NCBI GenBank assembly: GCA_000934665.2
Contig: KZ537987.1
Span: 124,001-182,907 of the forward strand
Length of the DNA stretch: 58,907 nucleotides
Reading direction: 5' to 3'
DNA from: Catajapyx aquilonaris
Taxonomy: Eukaryota
Below the pieces are notes generated by a model. It searched no databases and was not told the DNA's origin. It worked only from the letters and a program-made list of their open reading frames with translations. Each line of letters begins with the position of its first letter. The first letter of the stretch is position 1. This document shows positions 1 through 14,534 of the stretch, piece after piece. A program made the translations under genes and the position numbers.

Positions 1-249
1 TCTTTATTTGCCCTGCATTCGCCCAGATTAGAGCCATATTGTGTAGTCATAGCAGTGTTTGCAGTCCGAGTTGGCTCTGCGAATTTAGTTGGCGATGCTT
101 GTTGGCCAGATTGTTTTATGAGGGTTGGATTAGGCTGCCCAGACTTACGTAGATCCTGACTTACGCAAAAACATGGCTCCGAGTTACGCACAATTTGACT
201 TACCGTAAGTCAGAGGTTTTCTGTATTTAATCTAGATAGCCTCGAGGAA

Positions 250-428
250 GAGAGTCGCCATTCTCTGACGTCACGTCGCCTCTGATTGGCTGTAGGCTCC
301 AGCCAATAGGAGTCGACCGTGACGTCATAACCAGCCACTGTTTCCATAGCGACGCAAGATGGCGGCCTCCATTGGCCACGTTACTCCAGCCAATCAGATA
401 CGATGTGACGTCATAAGTTGGCGACTCC
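250..428. mobile_element. Palindromic MITE, family 1
   Basis: TIRs GAGTCGCCA..TGACGTCAC..TCTGATTGGCTG. Second copy at 21436-21713. Confidence 0.7.
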
Positions 429-3400
429 TAATTTAGTCACATTGAATATAAAATGTATAAAGCAACAAATACAGCGGAACTGTTGCTGGGATTACTGCGC
501 CGCGCCGGAATCACTGGTAGAATGACCAAACTGCTTACACTCGAAGGTGGTATATGCCCGGAGATTTATCAACGCCTTCTGACTCCGATTCTCCCCCCCA
601 TCTTCTTTTTCAACTTTTCTCTCTCTTCTCCCTTTTTGGAGGAAAAGAGGCGACGGGTTACAAAGTGGGCTGTCAGGGGAAATGCTATCCACAAAGGGCA
701 AGAGACCAGTAAAAACAATTACTCCCAGCATCCAGAGACCCAAAGTTAGTCCAGTGTGGGATGGTTGCCATCACCAACGGCTGTCCGCAGCCATCACTCT
801 CCAGTGTTACTCTCCACTTCTCTCTTCTTTCTTTCCCCCCCCCCCCATCCAAATAATAGTGTGCTCAATGCGACCCAAAATCTCTCAGACCTGCTCCTAA
901 TTAGTTCCTCCAAATTAACGTCCCCTTCAGTACACCGGGTTCTGGCGAAAGCTGAAGGAAGCCATGGCTAATTTGGTGGTATCAGGGTTGTGATACTTGG
1001 GCAAAAGTGTAGCTTAGTAGTTGCAGAGACAAGAATTTGCGGCGAGGGTCCGATGGGATAGATCTGATCGACATGGTTCGTTGATGTAGCTCGCATATTG
1101 ATATTGTAGATTCAGCTAAACACTTGGGAAGGTCGAAACTGGCGCTGTACGGTTGATATATTAACAGCTGACTATTCTGTGACTACCAGTCGTAAATCTG
1201 ACTTATTCTCCCCCCCACAGAAAGCAAAGTTTTACTTTTCAATCATGCTTCCTTCCAAACCCCCTTTCCCCCCCTTTCATTCTCGGTACTATGTTGGAGT
1301 GGAGTAAATCGGTCCGGTTTGAACGCCCGAAAGGTAACTTAGCACTTGGCGGAGCCTTCGATCCGAGACCTACATCTTTCTTCTCCGTTTCTTCCTCTGT
1401 AACTCTCCCTCTCCACATCTACAGTAGGGGTCTCCCTCCTCCCCCTCCACTAATCTATCTCTGTCGCACTAAATGGCTGATCTGTTGGCTAAGAGGATTT
1501 CTGGCAAGAGCCGGCCAGCCATGGTTAACCGGAGCCACAGTGTCATCAGGAGAGGAGGAGGAGGAGGGAGGTGGGAGGTTGGGGAGGGGGGGATGTCACC
1601 ACTGATGACCTGCATGACGTGGCCTCAAATCCCATGGATTTAGCCTGGTCGCAGTTTGGTCCGAATGAAGAGTCTGGGCCCAGCACCGGGCAGAAACCCT
1701 AATGTAATTAGTGTCACTCGCCCAGCCAGTGTATTCCGGGGCTAAACATGGAAGGCTACTTAAGGGTTTTGGGAAGAGCATCATATGAGCGATCGAGCGC
1801 AATTTTGGCTCCAGGGTTTGGGAAGGGAAAGAGTCCTGCTGGTCAGGAAGGTTTTACTGCCACGTTTTGTGTCCCATGTGTCAATCTGTATAAGGTATTG
1901 AAGGCCAGACATTGTAAGATCAACATCGAAAGCTAACATTGCTGCATGGCCTTGGGTCTTGGAAATGGGAACGGTTTTCGACACGATTCTCTCTGGTTAG
2001 CCCAGGCTGAAACTTCCAATTCTGAGGGGTGGGGGAGGCAGGATGAGGGTTTGAGTTTCCGTCCCGGCAACTAATTGACGCTGCAAGTTGATTTTGTTCG
2101 GCTCAGATCGAGGCCATCCCCGGGTGGAATCAGCAAGTCAGACGGTTGGTTGGGTTGGTCAGCCTGCTGCCAACTAGCTCCAGGGGAAAATGGTGTGCCT
2201 TGAATTCTGACGCAGACGTCGGTACGAGTACCTGCACCACATGTCAAACGTGTGCTGGAGAACGGTATATTGAAACGAGGGATGAATCGAATATTAGGCC
2301 GATTTGAATTCATGCAGAGCTTCATACTATAGCAAGTGAACACTACGCAATTTAATGGTTGAAAAATGGCAAGAGTACAATATTTTAATTAGTTGCAGGA
2401 CATGAGCTACAAATAATTTCGTGACCAACAAGCCTTGTTTACTCGGCAACAATATATTTTTCAGCCGACGAAAAAAACAACAACTTTAGCTTCAGTTGAA
2501 TAATGAAGGCTTATTTACCTTCCCTTTATGGAATATGCTGTGAACATGTGCAATTTTTATCATTCGCAACACACTGGTAGGTTTTGATATTAACCCACAT
2601 TAATTTTATATGAAATTTACATAATGCTGCAATTATATAATTTTCTATATGTAATAAAAAGCGGAAATGACATTTGAGATGTAATATTCCTATTTCGGAT
2701 TTTGAGTTTTCGTTGTAAACTTTGTGCAGATTTTTATATACGAGAGAGATGGCTCACGATGTTGACCTGGCGCCAGTCAGCTAGCAACTGAATAGGTCCT
2801 TCGTCCATTGCGCAGGCGCAGAAAGTGAGCCAATAGGAAGTGTGGTGCAAACAATATACAGCGGACCAATCGGAAGCCTTGCACAAACGAGGGTTTTAAT
2901 ATTATATATTTTTATAAGTGACTTCATGTCATTTGAACATTTTTTTTTTGAAAAATCAAAGAAGAGCGACATCTTTGACACAAGTCTTGTGCAGCGTCGG
3001 CAGATGGTATAAACGGAGGGGGAAGGTTGCGCCATTATTAAATCTAAAGGTGCAGGCCCCGGGGTGGTGCGGCTCCGGAAACTTTGTCCATTAAGGAGAG
3101 GCATCTTCCTCATCCTGCGGTGCAGGCAACCCAAGCTCCTTTTCTCTCTCTTTTGTGTGTGGGGGTGTGTGTGTGTTTGTGTGTCGCACGATGCGGCCTG
3201 GTTTTGCGGGGCGTTGAAAGTCGGCTTCCCCTTACCCCGTTTGCATAATCCAAATGCCTGCATTAGCTTCTAATGCGCGCATCCTCCCTTTTCACCTGTA
3301 CATTCCCCTCCCCACAACCTGTTTCTCTCTCTCTCTCTCTCCCCCCCCCCCTTCCACTTTCTACTCGCCGAGCGTAATTTTGGCGCTAAACAAAGAAGCC

Positions 3401-6013
3401 CCCTTTGGCCGAGTCCATTAGCCGCGGTGTAAATGAAAGAAATGGAAGGGGTTGGTCCGGATTGCATAATGTCGGGGCGTCTCAGGCCATTTGCGGCCAT
3501 GCACACCCACTGAACATGCCCTCCTCCAAAAACAGTCAAGCTTTCGCCCAGATCAGGATCCAAGGGACCGCTGGGACCGGGCCTTCATAAACCGGGTCCA
3601 AAATCGATGCAACCGTTGGGATAGGGCCATGGCTTTTCACGCTTGGAGACCGGAGGACTTGCGCAGTTTTTTTTTTTTTTCCTTCTTTGAGGGGAGGTTT
3701 TGGGGTGAGTGTCAGGTCTGGGACGTTCTAATGACCTCGGCTCCGTGTCTCTCATCTTTTGGGAGGCGCCCTGCACGATGGGGTGAGGTCGAGAGAGAGA
3801 GAGAGAAAAAAAAAAAGAGATGTGGGTGAGGGGGCAGTTTGAAGGAGACATTCAGAGAGTTTCGGATGGGTTTGTAGACTGAAGGAGTGCGGTTGAGCTA
3901 GTCTATAGCTTAATATATAGGTTACCGTCAGTTGAGGGGAGATTGTGCCAGCTCATTTTTTGGACAACAGTGCACCCTACTGGCAGCAGGCATAAACTAT
4001 CGAATTTAGGCATATTTTTAGGGACCACCTCCCTGACCGCCAATTTCATTTACCGCCAAAAGTCCTGACCGCCAATTTCCTTTACCGCCAATAGTCAGGG
4101 GGCCGTTTCTAGGGATGATCAAGGCTGACAATGGCAGGCAAAATTCTCCGTAGGGTTGCACTGTTGTACAAAAAATGAGCTGTCACACTCTCACCCCACC
4201 TGGCACAATCTCACCCCAATTGATGGTATTGTGGCAATACACTTGTATTACACTACAGAAACGCGAAAGTCGATAAAAAATCTCATTCAATCGAGGTCCA
4301 TGATGCCCCTAAGCTGCATGGGGGATAATACAAATTGATTCTTTTTTTTGAAAACTAATGTCCGCAGCAGAAAAATTTCAGTGCACCAATTGCATACATG
4401 TGGTTTGAGTGGCTTTATACCGCTGCAGTCGGCTACTTTTCTGGCAGCCTGTCAATTCGGATTTTTTTTAGGGGGGCGGATGATTACTCGGGGCTGTTCA
4501 ATGAGAGTTGGTTTTTATTCCGAACTAGGGTATTTTTGCCGGTTCATCAATGATAAGGCAACATTGCTCGCATGTGTTGGGTGTATACGCCAAAGTGAAA
4601 ATGTAAGTCGCGTGCTGTCTGCTTTGCCTTCCGGTCGCCCCAATTCTAATATTTGGGGAGGGGGCGGGCGTGGAAGCAATTTATCATCAGGAGGACACGA
4701 CGACACGTGCACTGTATGCCACTGGCCGTTAAGAAAACCTCCAGAAAGTGAGCAACATCACGAGAACATCGCCGTAATTGATTACACGGCCATCCGGCGC
4801 TTTCTATATACGAAAAGCCCCATCATATTGAACTGCATATATCGAAAGGCAAGAAATGTGTACATTGATCATATGATCCGCTCGAATCGGCAATGACGCA
4901 GAGGGAGGTACAGCAACGAGAGAAAAAAAAAATGCAATCAAAGGTTCCTGTGGACATGGAAATTGAATCCATCGCCACTCACAAACCCAGATACAAATAT
5001 TTGTCGCTGTCCGCCTGTTTACGCTAACAAATTGGCCGTGAATGCCCGTAATAGTGTTAATGAATTGGGTTGAGAGTGGTAGTTTCCACTGTTTTCAATA
5101 ATTCCACATGGGGGAAAGAGAGAAGGGGGGAAAAAAAGTTTCCATGCATGACACACAAGCCTTGTTTCATTTCTCTAGAGGATTCATCCAGGCCGGTGTG
5201 TCTCTCCAGTTTTTTTTTGCTGTCTGCCAATCAGAGTTATTAGCCGAGCTGGTGTTGACCAACTGTCCAATTTGTACGGCTTGAAATGGATGTGACCTTT
5301 AAGTTATGAAGCTCTTGAGGAATTTCTGCGAGGTTTGGACCAGCCGTTTTTTGTGTGTGTGTATCAAGGCGGGTTATCCCTTTCGGTTTTGTCGCAACAT
5401 TTTTTCTATTTAGAGAGAACACCTCGAGAGGGAAGGGTGCGGGGGTGGGTGTGGGAATTGATCTCTTATTTTTTTTTTGGAGAGGGTCCGCGGTTTTGAC
5501 CACTGTTTGGAGACTGATAGGAATGCCGGGCTCGTGCGGGAGGGAATTTGGACTTGTTTATTCGACGCACGTGAGGAGACGGAAAAAGACTGGCCCGAGG
5601 GGATAAGGCGATTTTTTTTTTTTGGTCGGGGTGAAGGAGATGGGGGAATGGCCCGGGGGTTGAAAAGTTGTTTGGGACACACCCTCAAGACGCCGCGACC
5701 GGAATTAACCCCCTTAAATACCCCAGGACGAGTCGGACCTCGCCGCTTCCTTGTGTTACTCCAGGTCCTATAGTCTCGAAGGGAACCTGGTTTTTCTCAA
5801 AAACCTGCTGAAAACTTTTGTGACTCTCCTGTTCATCCTGTGAGTTGGACTGTACGCTCAACGGGGTAGAAAAAATGCTTATCCTAACTTATCAGAGCAA
5901 CCCATGCTGCTCTCTTGTGTGAAGGGTAGTCTAGCTTACAGGATAGATTTTGTGTTAAGGCCAACTCTGATGTTGATGTGACGTGTGACTGAATGTGACC
6001 TTTTTTTCGTCAG

Positions 6014-6269
6014 GTTTGACAACCCGGCGTCAGTGGCGGTGACCCCTGGCCGGCAGCTGACCTACAACTATCTGCTGAGTGTGAATGCTTGGCTTCTGCT
6101 CTTCCCGTGTGACCTCTGCTGCGATTGGACAATGGGCACCATCCCGCTCATCTCTTCCTTTCTGGACGCCCGAAATTTGGCCACCCTGGCCTTCTACTTT
6201 GTGCTGGGAAAGCTCAGTTACACAGGGTTGGTCAGCGGGAATCGCCAGCAGACGTCCATTGTCCTCATG
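6014..6269 (+). CDS. TMTC3: TMTC3-like protein O-mannosyltransferase, internal exon (first in window)
   Basis: cag|G...ATG|gtaag. Encodes [44 protein letters not shown], the TMTC DUF1736-region motif, closest to TMTC3 as I recall it. Confidence 0.92.
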
Positions 6270-8401
6270 GTAAGTTCCCCCCCACAAAATTGATATGCAC
6301 CTGTAACACGTTTCCAGGGCAAGTTCCAACTTCTCTCCGTGACTACTCCAAGAGTTATCTCAGTGTAAAAATATAAGTGATGTCCGCCACTTCATTTCGG
6401 AGATGTCGTTCCTAATCTTTTGAAAGCTAGACCGGGGAAGCTTCTAATGCCCCATTCATTCATTAAGCTTAATTAGAGTTCAGATGAAAGGGGAGGTGAC
6501 GTCCGGCATAATTAAGTAAGGCTCGGGACATCTTAAATGAACGGGTCTGGGAGCTTAGCCACCAGAGTCCTCCGGACTTGATTAAAGTATGCTCCTTGTT
6601 GCGTGAAATATAAGACTCGCAGAAATTTTTGGTCATAAACATTGCGGGTAAAACGGAATAATTGTCACGTTGTACAGAAGTATTCGCTGAGAGCTGTACG
6701 CATTGAGGTTTCTCCTGTACATGGCAACAATATGTTACATGCTGGTTTTAACTATACGTTGGCAATAAATAAGGATTGTCGGCTTCTTACAGTATATGTA
6801 GGATTTGAAGCAAGTGGTCCCTGCGGCTCTGCAGTCCGCAAAAGCAGGATCTGAGTTCTTCCGGGAGGGGAAAAAGAAAGAAAGAAGCAACCTTTTTTCA
6901 TTAAGATCAAGGGTATTACACTCACAGTTGCTTGCAGTCCCGACTGTTTTGGACAGTAGCTTCCAGCGTTTCTCTACCTTTTTTAAGTATCTTATGTAAG
7001 TTTTCATCTGGGGCAAGGGAAGTCGATTTATGTTAAGCAAGGAGAGGCTCATGACGTATACAGTACAGGAGAGTCAAGCACGAAAGGAACACTACTTTGT
7101 ATAGTAGAAGCTGTACTTATGTAGCTGTTTCGCAGTAAAAAGAAAGGTAATTAGTGTGTAAATTGAACTGTTATTTTCACTCATAAGCCACTGCGATTTT
7201 TAGATAAAAAAATATAATAACGGCTACTAGTTTTTGGGTCTCACATTTTGTCAAAATGTAGGCTTGTAATTATTTGCGAATCTGTCACATTTGAGTCCAT
7301 TGGCATTATTATGTACTGTACAAAGAGTGTGATTTTCAATTTGTTGTAAAAAATGCGTAAATAAGCCTGATTTTTTTAAATACATCAGGTCCTTGTTGGA
7401 CTTTTCCCTGAATACACACCCTGGTTGTGTTCGGAATCGGCAGAATTCCACGATTTTGGTCCCCAGGTCCATTTGTCTTGCACTCTGCAGAATCACTAAT
7501 GGAATTTTGCACTCCGCCCCTCCTCACTCGGGAGAATGTTTTCGACGGATCTTCGCCAAATAATCAAATAACATGCATCGCCGAGGAGGAATAAGGGAGC
7601 AAAAATTGGGGAGAGAGAGGAAACGGCTTATTCCCAGAGACGCGCCTACTTGATGTCATTCTTTTCATTACCATTTTTTGGGGGGGTCTCTCTCTCTTTT
7701 CTCTGGGAATGAAACGTTGCAGGACTTGGTATCTACCCCCTTTTCAAACATCCTCTCTGCCATCATTCCACATTTTCCCCCTCCCTTTTGTTATGATTTC
7801 CAATAACGAGAGTCCCGCGCCTTTTGTTTTTGTTGCCTCTTCCGGAAGGACGTCAAACATGGCAACAAACGCCATGGCTTGTATAGAAGGGCCCTGATTT
7901 TACTACTGATTAAAAGTCGTTGCGGGATAGGGAGGGGAGGGAGATCCTAGAGAATCATTACTGGGCCGTCGTAAAATCTACCCTTCCCCCCCCCCCCCTC
8001 CCCTGGAGGGTATTAGCCTTCTCCCTCCCCTTTTCCTATAGCACATATAGCCCACCCCTTGGAAGAAAACAATCGCAACGGGAGCCAATTTGACTGCACT
8101 TTCCCAGTCCACCAAAAGGGAGGCGGTGCGATATCCAATCAGCAGTCGGGAGTTTCCCCCGCAAGCAATCAAATCCGATCGATCCGACCCCGATTGGCTG
8201 AAGGAAGAAGGAAGAAGAAGGCACCCGTCTTACCAAAGGGATATACGGGTGATGGGATTATACGGGACGTGCGTACTAATTTAATTGGCAGTAGATGGTT
8301 GCACGGGTGAGAAGTTGGAAGAAGTTCACTTGTCGAGTGATCAAAATGTGGCAACACCACTGCAATTAAAATGTTACATCGAAAGTTGATAAGGGTTGTA
8401 C

Positions 8402-8912
8402 ACTGTGATTCATGTACCGATTTGGAGGTGGTTTTGGTATTTTGTTATTAAAAAATACCATCTACAAGTCAGTACTGTTGACGGTATTGACAATGCCCAA
8501 CATCCTAACTTCTCAAGAAATAGGCATGTCCTAAATATTGCGACCTCTGCGGTTAAGACATTGGTAGAGTTTCAAATTAGTATTTCTTCTGTACGGCACT
8601 GTACCCACCTACCTGATTGGTGGAGCAGAGGCCCCCCACTCTCTGCTCCACCAATCTTAGGGTGTCTGATATGGAGTGGAAGGGGAGAGGTCGCCTAATC
8701 CCTTTTTTGAGACTATGGGTACTGTAAAGTCCAAGTCGGTACATGAATCAGTACATAGTCAGTACATATGAATGATTGGATGTAAAGTCCAAGTCGGTAC
8801 ATGAATCAGTACGTAGTCAGGACATATGAATGATTGGATGTCTACAAGTCAGTACTGCAGACTATTTGCTGACCACAAAATACCACCTCCAAGTCGGTAC
8901 ATGAATTACAGT
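8402..8912. mobile_element. TIR-bounded MITE with an internal ~58-bp tandem duplication (8722-8840)
   Basis: ctgtgattcatgtaccgatttggaggtgg is inverted as ccacctccaagtcggtacatgaattacag. Confidence 0.65.
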
Positions 8913-9396
8913 CTATGAGTGCCCACTTGTTCTGTCTTCTATCTTAACCGGTTGCTGGGTGTAAACAACTCATATAACTTCCCCTCTTATACCTAGTACT
9001 GTGTGATGATGAAGACATGCTCCTAAAAATGGTTCCGTGTTATGTCATGTCAGAGGGGAATGGAATGAAAACGCTGTTAGCCGGCGGAGACGACGTGGCT
9101 TGAAACCCATACTTGTTGTTGTCACTGACTGCAGGTGCACTCAGGACTTGGTGGTATAAATACACATAGGAGTTAGAAGTTGCAGCACTTGTCACCTGGC
9201 AAAACCGCATGGCGTGTGTGTCTAGCATGCCAGCAAAATGTCTACATTTCTCTGGACTTGTGTTCATGAGATCAAGGAGAACGTTGAATTTGGTGCCAGC
9301 ATATTGTTAATATTAGAATATAGCTACAAAAAAACCCTATGTCGGCGCCCAAGGCACTTAACTTAATGCAGCCTTTATTCTTTGGTATCTTTTCAG

Positions 9397-9545
9397 AGCC
9401 TGGCCATGATCGTGTTTCCATTCCTGCCAGCTTCGAACCTGTTCTTTCCAGTGGGCTTCGTAGTGGCGGAGAGGATTCTTTACATCCCCTCCATGGGCTT
9501 TTGCATGCTGGTGGCCTATGGTTGGAGCCTTCTGGCGGCCAGACG
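9397..9545 (+). CDS. TMTC3: TMTC3-like exon (membrane region)
   Basis: ttttcag|AGC...CG|gtgag, phase 0 to 2. Encodes [36 protein letters not shown], a hallmark TMTC motif. This frame is absent from the ORF track. Confidence 0.93.
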
Positions 9546-10287
9546 GTGAGTTCTTCAGCTTGAAGGAGAGAAGAAGAGAGGGGCCCTCACTTTTGGCCTC
9601 GATCTCTTTTGGGAGATGGGATCAGGGCCTGGGCCCACATCTCTTCTCTCTCCAACCCTCCCACCCACTTCTGCAAACGGCTTGGGTTCCGGGACAGCCC
9701 AGTGAGCCTCAGATCTCTGTTCTTTGCCCGACTTGCCTTGAGGGAAAGGAAGGATGGGGAGGCTGGCAAACTTGGGGAGGGCGACTATAGAGAGTCTAAA
9801 AGGAGGATACACGTCTTGTCTTTCCACAAAAGGACGGGGGGCGGTCTCTGAGCTCACAGGATCATTCGAGTGTGCTGTCTTCTAGGGCAAGCCTCCACAG
9901 GGTGGTGCACTAGCCAAGAGCCTATAGTTCAACAACAGGAAATTGTTATACACCGAAAATTAGGAGCTACTATCACAAAGAAACGCTGGTGCCATTAAAA
10001 AAATTGATGCTGGCGTGAACAATCCGCAATCTGGTTTCTTGACTCTTGGACTTTGAGGGAACTCGGTCAGTGCGACACCCTATAACATGTCGAGTGCTTT
10101 GAACGTGGAGGATTGTCTAGAATCGTCGGATCGTTCAATCGGGAAGCACTACGCATGGACGAGGCTATTCACACGCCAGTAACTATCCGGAATCATTCAT
10201 TTGTGCCGCAGTTCGCAGCAACACGGTTGACTCGGTCGCCATATTTGGACCTCCCTGCTTGTTTTGACCCCTACTTTTCATTATTAG

Positions 10288-10325
<38 letters not shown>

Positions 10326-10421
10326 CGGATGACAAATGTTGGAGTCGGCTTCCTGAATGTCGCATGGTCCAGAAATGGTTTCTAACTTAAATCTACAATA
10401 TTAAAATCCTGTGCGTTCCCT

Positions 10422-10516
10422 CTGATTGGTCCGCCGCATATTGTTGTTACCGCGACTCTTCCTGTTGGCCCATGTCCTGCTCATGCGCAATGGGGTGGAG
10501 GCAGCGCCTCTGGTGG
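10422..10516 (+). repeat. Dispersed repeat, family 2 (also 40040-40120 on + and 2805-2875 on -)
   Basis: Shared gattggtcc..catattgtt..ctattggcc..catgcgca.tgg. Confidence 0.65.
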
Positions 10517-13500
10517 GTGGGAGGAGAAGCTGTCCATTCGTTCTCCGTCAGCCGTTTAAAATTAGATGTCACGTACAGCACATGGTTGTTTCGTGCATCA
10601 CCGCGACTTTGAGACAGTAACAGACAGCCTCTGTCTCTGCTGGAAAACAAACAAAATAGAGTCCGGAGTCTGTAAATCGCCAAGTAGGAGCGAATGACAT
10701 TCCCACCGCGGGTGCCACAAAGCAGAGTTTCCGGACCCGCGTTAGTGTCATCCGACGCGAGCGTCTGCGTTTGTCTCCCCGCGAAATCGTGCCATTTGGA
10801 CCAAAACCGTGGGGGGGGGGGGGGGGGGGNGGGGGTACGTAAAAATAGGGGAGACTGGACTCTTCTTTCCTGTGGCCCTCTTCTTCTCCCCCCTGTTTGT
10901 TGTGGCTTGGCTTCTGGCCCCATCACTATTAATTACCGGGCCTAGGTCGGGCCTCCTTCCTTGCTCGGGTTTGACAGCGCCAGCCTGCGATTTGGTGATT
11001 GATGGCCCTGTTTAGGGAAGCAGGAAGCCTCCCAGATTTTCCAAAAAGGTGGGGGCGGAGAGGAGGAGAAGCTTCCTAACAGATATTAATATTAGCGCGC
11101 GGTTGTAATGAACAATTTATGAGCAGACGGGGAGAATATGAGGCGATGACTAGGCCTGTTCAGGGTGGTGCACTGCCCAAGTGCGCAGATTTAAAGGGAA
11201 AGCACCAATATTGGTTAAATCAGAAATTTGCAACAGCTGTATATGTAGCGAAAATATTTGCACCACCGTATATTTTATTAGCGGAAAGATTTGCACCTCT
11301 TTTTATGCCTTTTGAGTTGGAGTCATTAGTTTGCAAGAGTTCAGGGCAGTTATTCATTTAATGCCCGATGGAATCCTAGGCGCGTATCCTGTATAACTAA
11401 ATAAGGAGAGGCGGGTTGTGAATCATGTTTTGTTTTTAATAACGCTTGGGAACAATAATAAATTACATGGTTCTTGTATTATGCAGGGATTTTGCAGCCG
11501 TGTAAAAGCCAAGGGGAAAAGAAGAATATGTGAGGGGGGCCATAAATACGTCACGTTTTGCGACCCAGGGCGTAACAGCGGTGCCCTGCACGTGTCACAA
11601 ATGTTCTTATATTATTTGCAAAAAAAGAAACAATTAGCAGGGCCCCCGTGAAATTTTGATATTAAGGCCTGCCAACCGTGCTCACTTCTTTGTAACTCCA
11701 GTTGGCAACCGGCCTTGTTATGCATGAGAGGTACAGGCCCTTCGTACAATTAATTAGACTAATACGTAACGGTCAGGGTTTGGCAAAGAAGAATGGACTG
11801 TTTTTCCTCCTGAGGGAGATAAAAATACGGTCGGACTCTTGACGGTCATCCTGTAATTGGAAGGTAATGGTAATCGATATGGCATTATTAATGAAACATG
11901 TACTCTCTTTTTTTCTATTCTCATTCCCCGAGCTGGGAAAACACTTTCTTGGAATGGCGTAAAGCAGACTAAAGAGATCGTGGGATAAGACGGACGTTGA
12001 TTAGTGCTGGTTCTCAGGAAAATAATTTATCAGTCTGCCCCTCCTGGATAAGTATGAGTCGACAACTAGGCTACTTTTCTTGTTAATAACAAATTGCAAT
12101 AGATGTAGCGGTGCTGAATATGGCTCATTCAGCTCAGAGTTGGGTGAAAATACTGCATTTTTTTGTGCGCTGTCCGAACCTCCCCGATCAGTCGGACGCA
12201 TTTTTTTTTTGTCCACCACCCACCCATCCTCTCCCCTCTAGGCCCATGCCTGGCAAGCAAAATGCGACAACGTGGTGACAGATGATGGTTGTACCTGTCA
12301 GTCGGTCACCGTTGTCGGGCGGCCCCCTGAACAAACGTGATTAATTTGCACGACTCGTTGCCATATCTCTGCGGCTCTCCCTGTGTGCTGCTGCGTAAAA
12401 CTCTGTCCCACGGATTCGTCAAAATATACCTCTCGACCTCTCCACCCCTCCTGTGGGTTTCCATGAAGGGGTGGGGGATAAGAGCTGGATAGAACCCAGA
12501 GAGAGATTAGTTGCATTGCAACGGTCGGCGCACACACTCGGAAATCTCTTCCGACTAGTGCTTGCCCAACTGGGCTTTTGAAGGGTGCTCCTGGAATATA
12601 CAGCTGTGTTCCTCGCCTCGAATCCCTTCAATCGATTGCAGTAATACGTTGGGGGGCGGAAATACACACACACATGCACACAAAAATGCTCGGATTCCAA
12701 AAGTGGGCCGTTTTTTTTTTTTGATTAATTGGTGCCCCAGGTTGTAATCGCGCAATTTGGAGTACATCTTTGTGGAGCATTTGAAATACTGGAAAACCGA
12801 CACGTGCTGTGGGGGTGTTGGAAGCACTGATTTATACATGCAAAAAATTGATTCGTAATTGAAGAGATAATTGGCCCAACAAATTTTTAGGCGAGAGGTG
12901 ATTTTTAATATGGGAATTGGGCAGATGTATGACAATTTCCGATTAATCTCTGCCGAGTCACACTGTACTGTGTAATCGACAAGCTTTTATAATTCCACCT
13001 AGTGAAAATATACGCCTTGGAGCAATGTTCCTCGTGTTTGCTGAATAACTATTGGGAATGGTGGAGCGAAATTTGATCCGAATCAACAATCCCCCCAAAA
13101 AAGAAGAAAGAATATATAAAAAAAAAGTAAGGGGAGGGACTTTGTTCTTGGCCAACCTCCCACAGTTCCATCACTCTTTTGCGAGTCGAATCTCTTGTTC
13201 TCTTTATGTGCTATTCCACCCAAACCCCTTTTCTCCCTGGACTCTCTCTCCCCCTCGGAATATCTCAGAATCGAATCATGAAGATTCGGACAAATAAGCG
13301 GAAATTAGAAAGGGAGAATTGGGAGTTGGATGAAGGCACAAAAAAAAGAGGTGACTTTAGAATGGCAGGGGGGGACTGTAGAGAGAAGGGGACGGAAGAA
13401 AATCTAAATGGAAAAATCAACAGACGTCCGTTGAAGAGACCATGTAAAATGGGGAATCTTAAAAGTCGTCGTTGACTTGGAAAAGGTACTGGGGGGGAGG

Positions 13501-14312
13501 GGAGAAGTCAAGGAATAAAAAATGGGAGTAGGACATTTGAAGGAGAGGGTGAAAAGAGGGGAGAGTGAAAAGTAAACATTCGGCATGAGAACTTGTTTTC
13601 TTTTGGAAATGGCTTTGCGACTGGTAAAGAAGACATGAGATGCAAAAGAGCACTGTCACTCGAGTGCGTATACAGTCCTAGACAATACTAAGTTGACTGA
13701 AAGTAGCGCATGTCCAGTTATTCTTACTCTATCCATATGTATGCATTACAGGTCAGAACCCGATATCTCACGTAATTGCCTGGTGTTTTAATATCTGGCA
13801 TCAATACCTTCAATCAAATCGAAATATTTGTAATTAATAGCGAGGCTCGCATTACAGCATGGTTATTTCTGGATATGATCCATCTGCGGAATTTAGTATT
13901 TTGAACGAACTAGCAAAGGGTTAGGTAGCCGTTACATACAGAAATACCAACAAACTTTCTGTATGTAAGATATGAATTTAAAGTGTTGAGTTCATTCATG
14001 TAACCAGAAATTAATACGCCTTTGACAACCATGAGATAGCCTGGTTTTGATAAGTACGTACTCAAATATTCCGCGTGGAAATGTTCTGTATTGGCCATAT
14101 TAAATCCATCTCCCGAGTTTAAAGTAGCGCACTCCTGCATGACTGACCTACTTTTCCCCCCTCGGATGAACCCGAGGGAGAGAAAGAGGAAAAAATAGCA
14201 AGTGGACGCTGGACATAATGAAGGGCCGAAGGCTTGGTCTCTATCTGAATCCTAAGGGACCCCCCCTCTTTTTACAACCTAAAAACCCCCCCTCCCATCG
14301 TTGCTCTTGCAG

Positions 14313-14534
14313 GTCCTTCTCCAAGCTGGCCTGGGCGGGGCTCAGCCTCCTGCTATTGATCCACGGCTCCAAAACCTATGTCCGGAACTGGGACTGGGAG
14401 TCCGAGTACACCATATTCATGGCGGGGCTAAAAGTAAACCAACGAAACGCCAAACTTTTTAACAACGTTGGACACGCCCTGGAGAGCCACGGGAAGTACC
14501 ACGAAGCGCTGGACTACTTTCAAGAAGCTGTGAG
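14313..14534 (+). CDS. TMTC3: TMTC3-like exon (last TM segment and first TPR)
   Basis: tgcag|G...AG|gtgag, phase 2 to 2. Encodes KTYVRNWDWESEYTIFMAGLKVNQRNAKLFNNVGHALE. Confidence 0.92.

Noticed and set aside
4348..4896. 182-aa ORF and other short intronic ORFs
   Set aside because: Non-ATG start, no recognisable domain and no convincing splice context.
10811..10835. Long G/C runs containing N (also 34910 and 40742) as functional G-quadruplex elements
   Set aside because: The ambiguous bases show homopolymer length is unreliable here.
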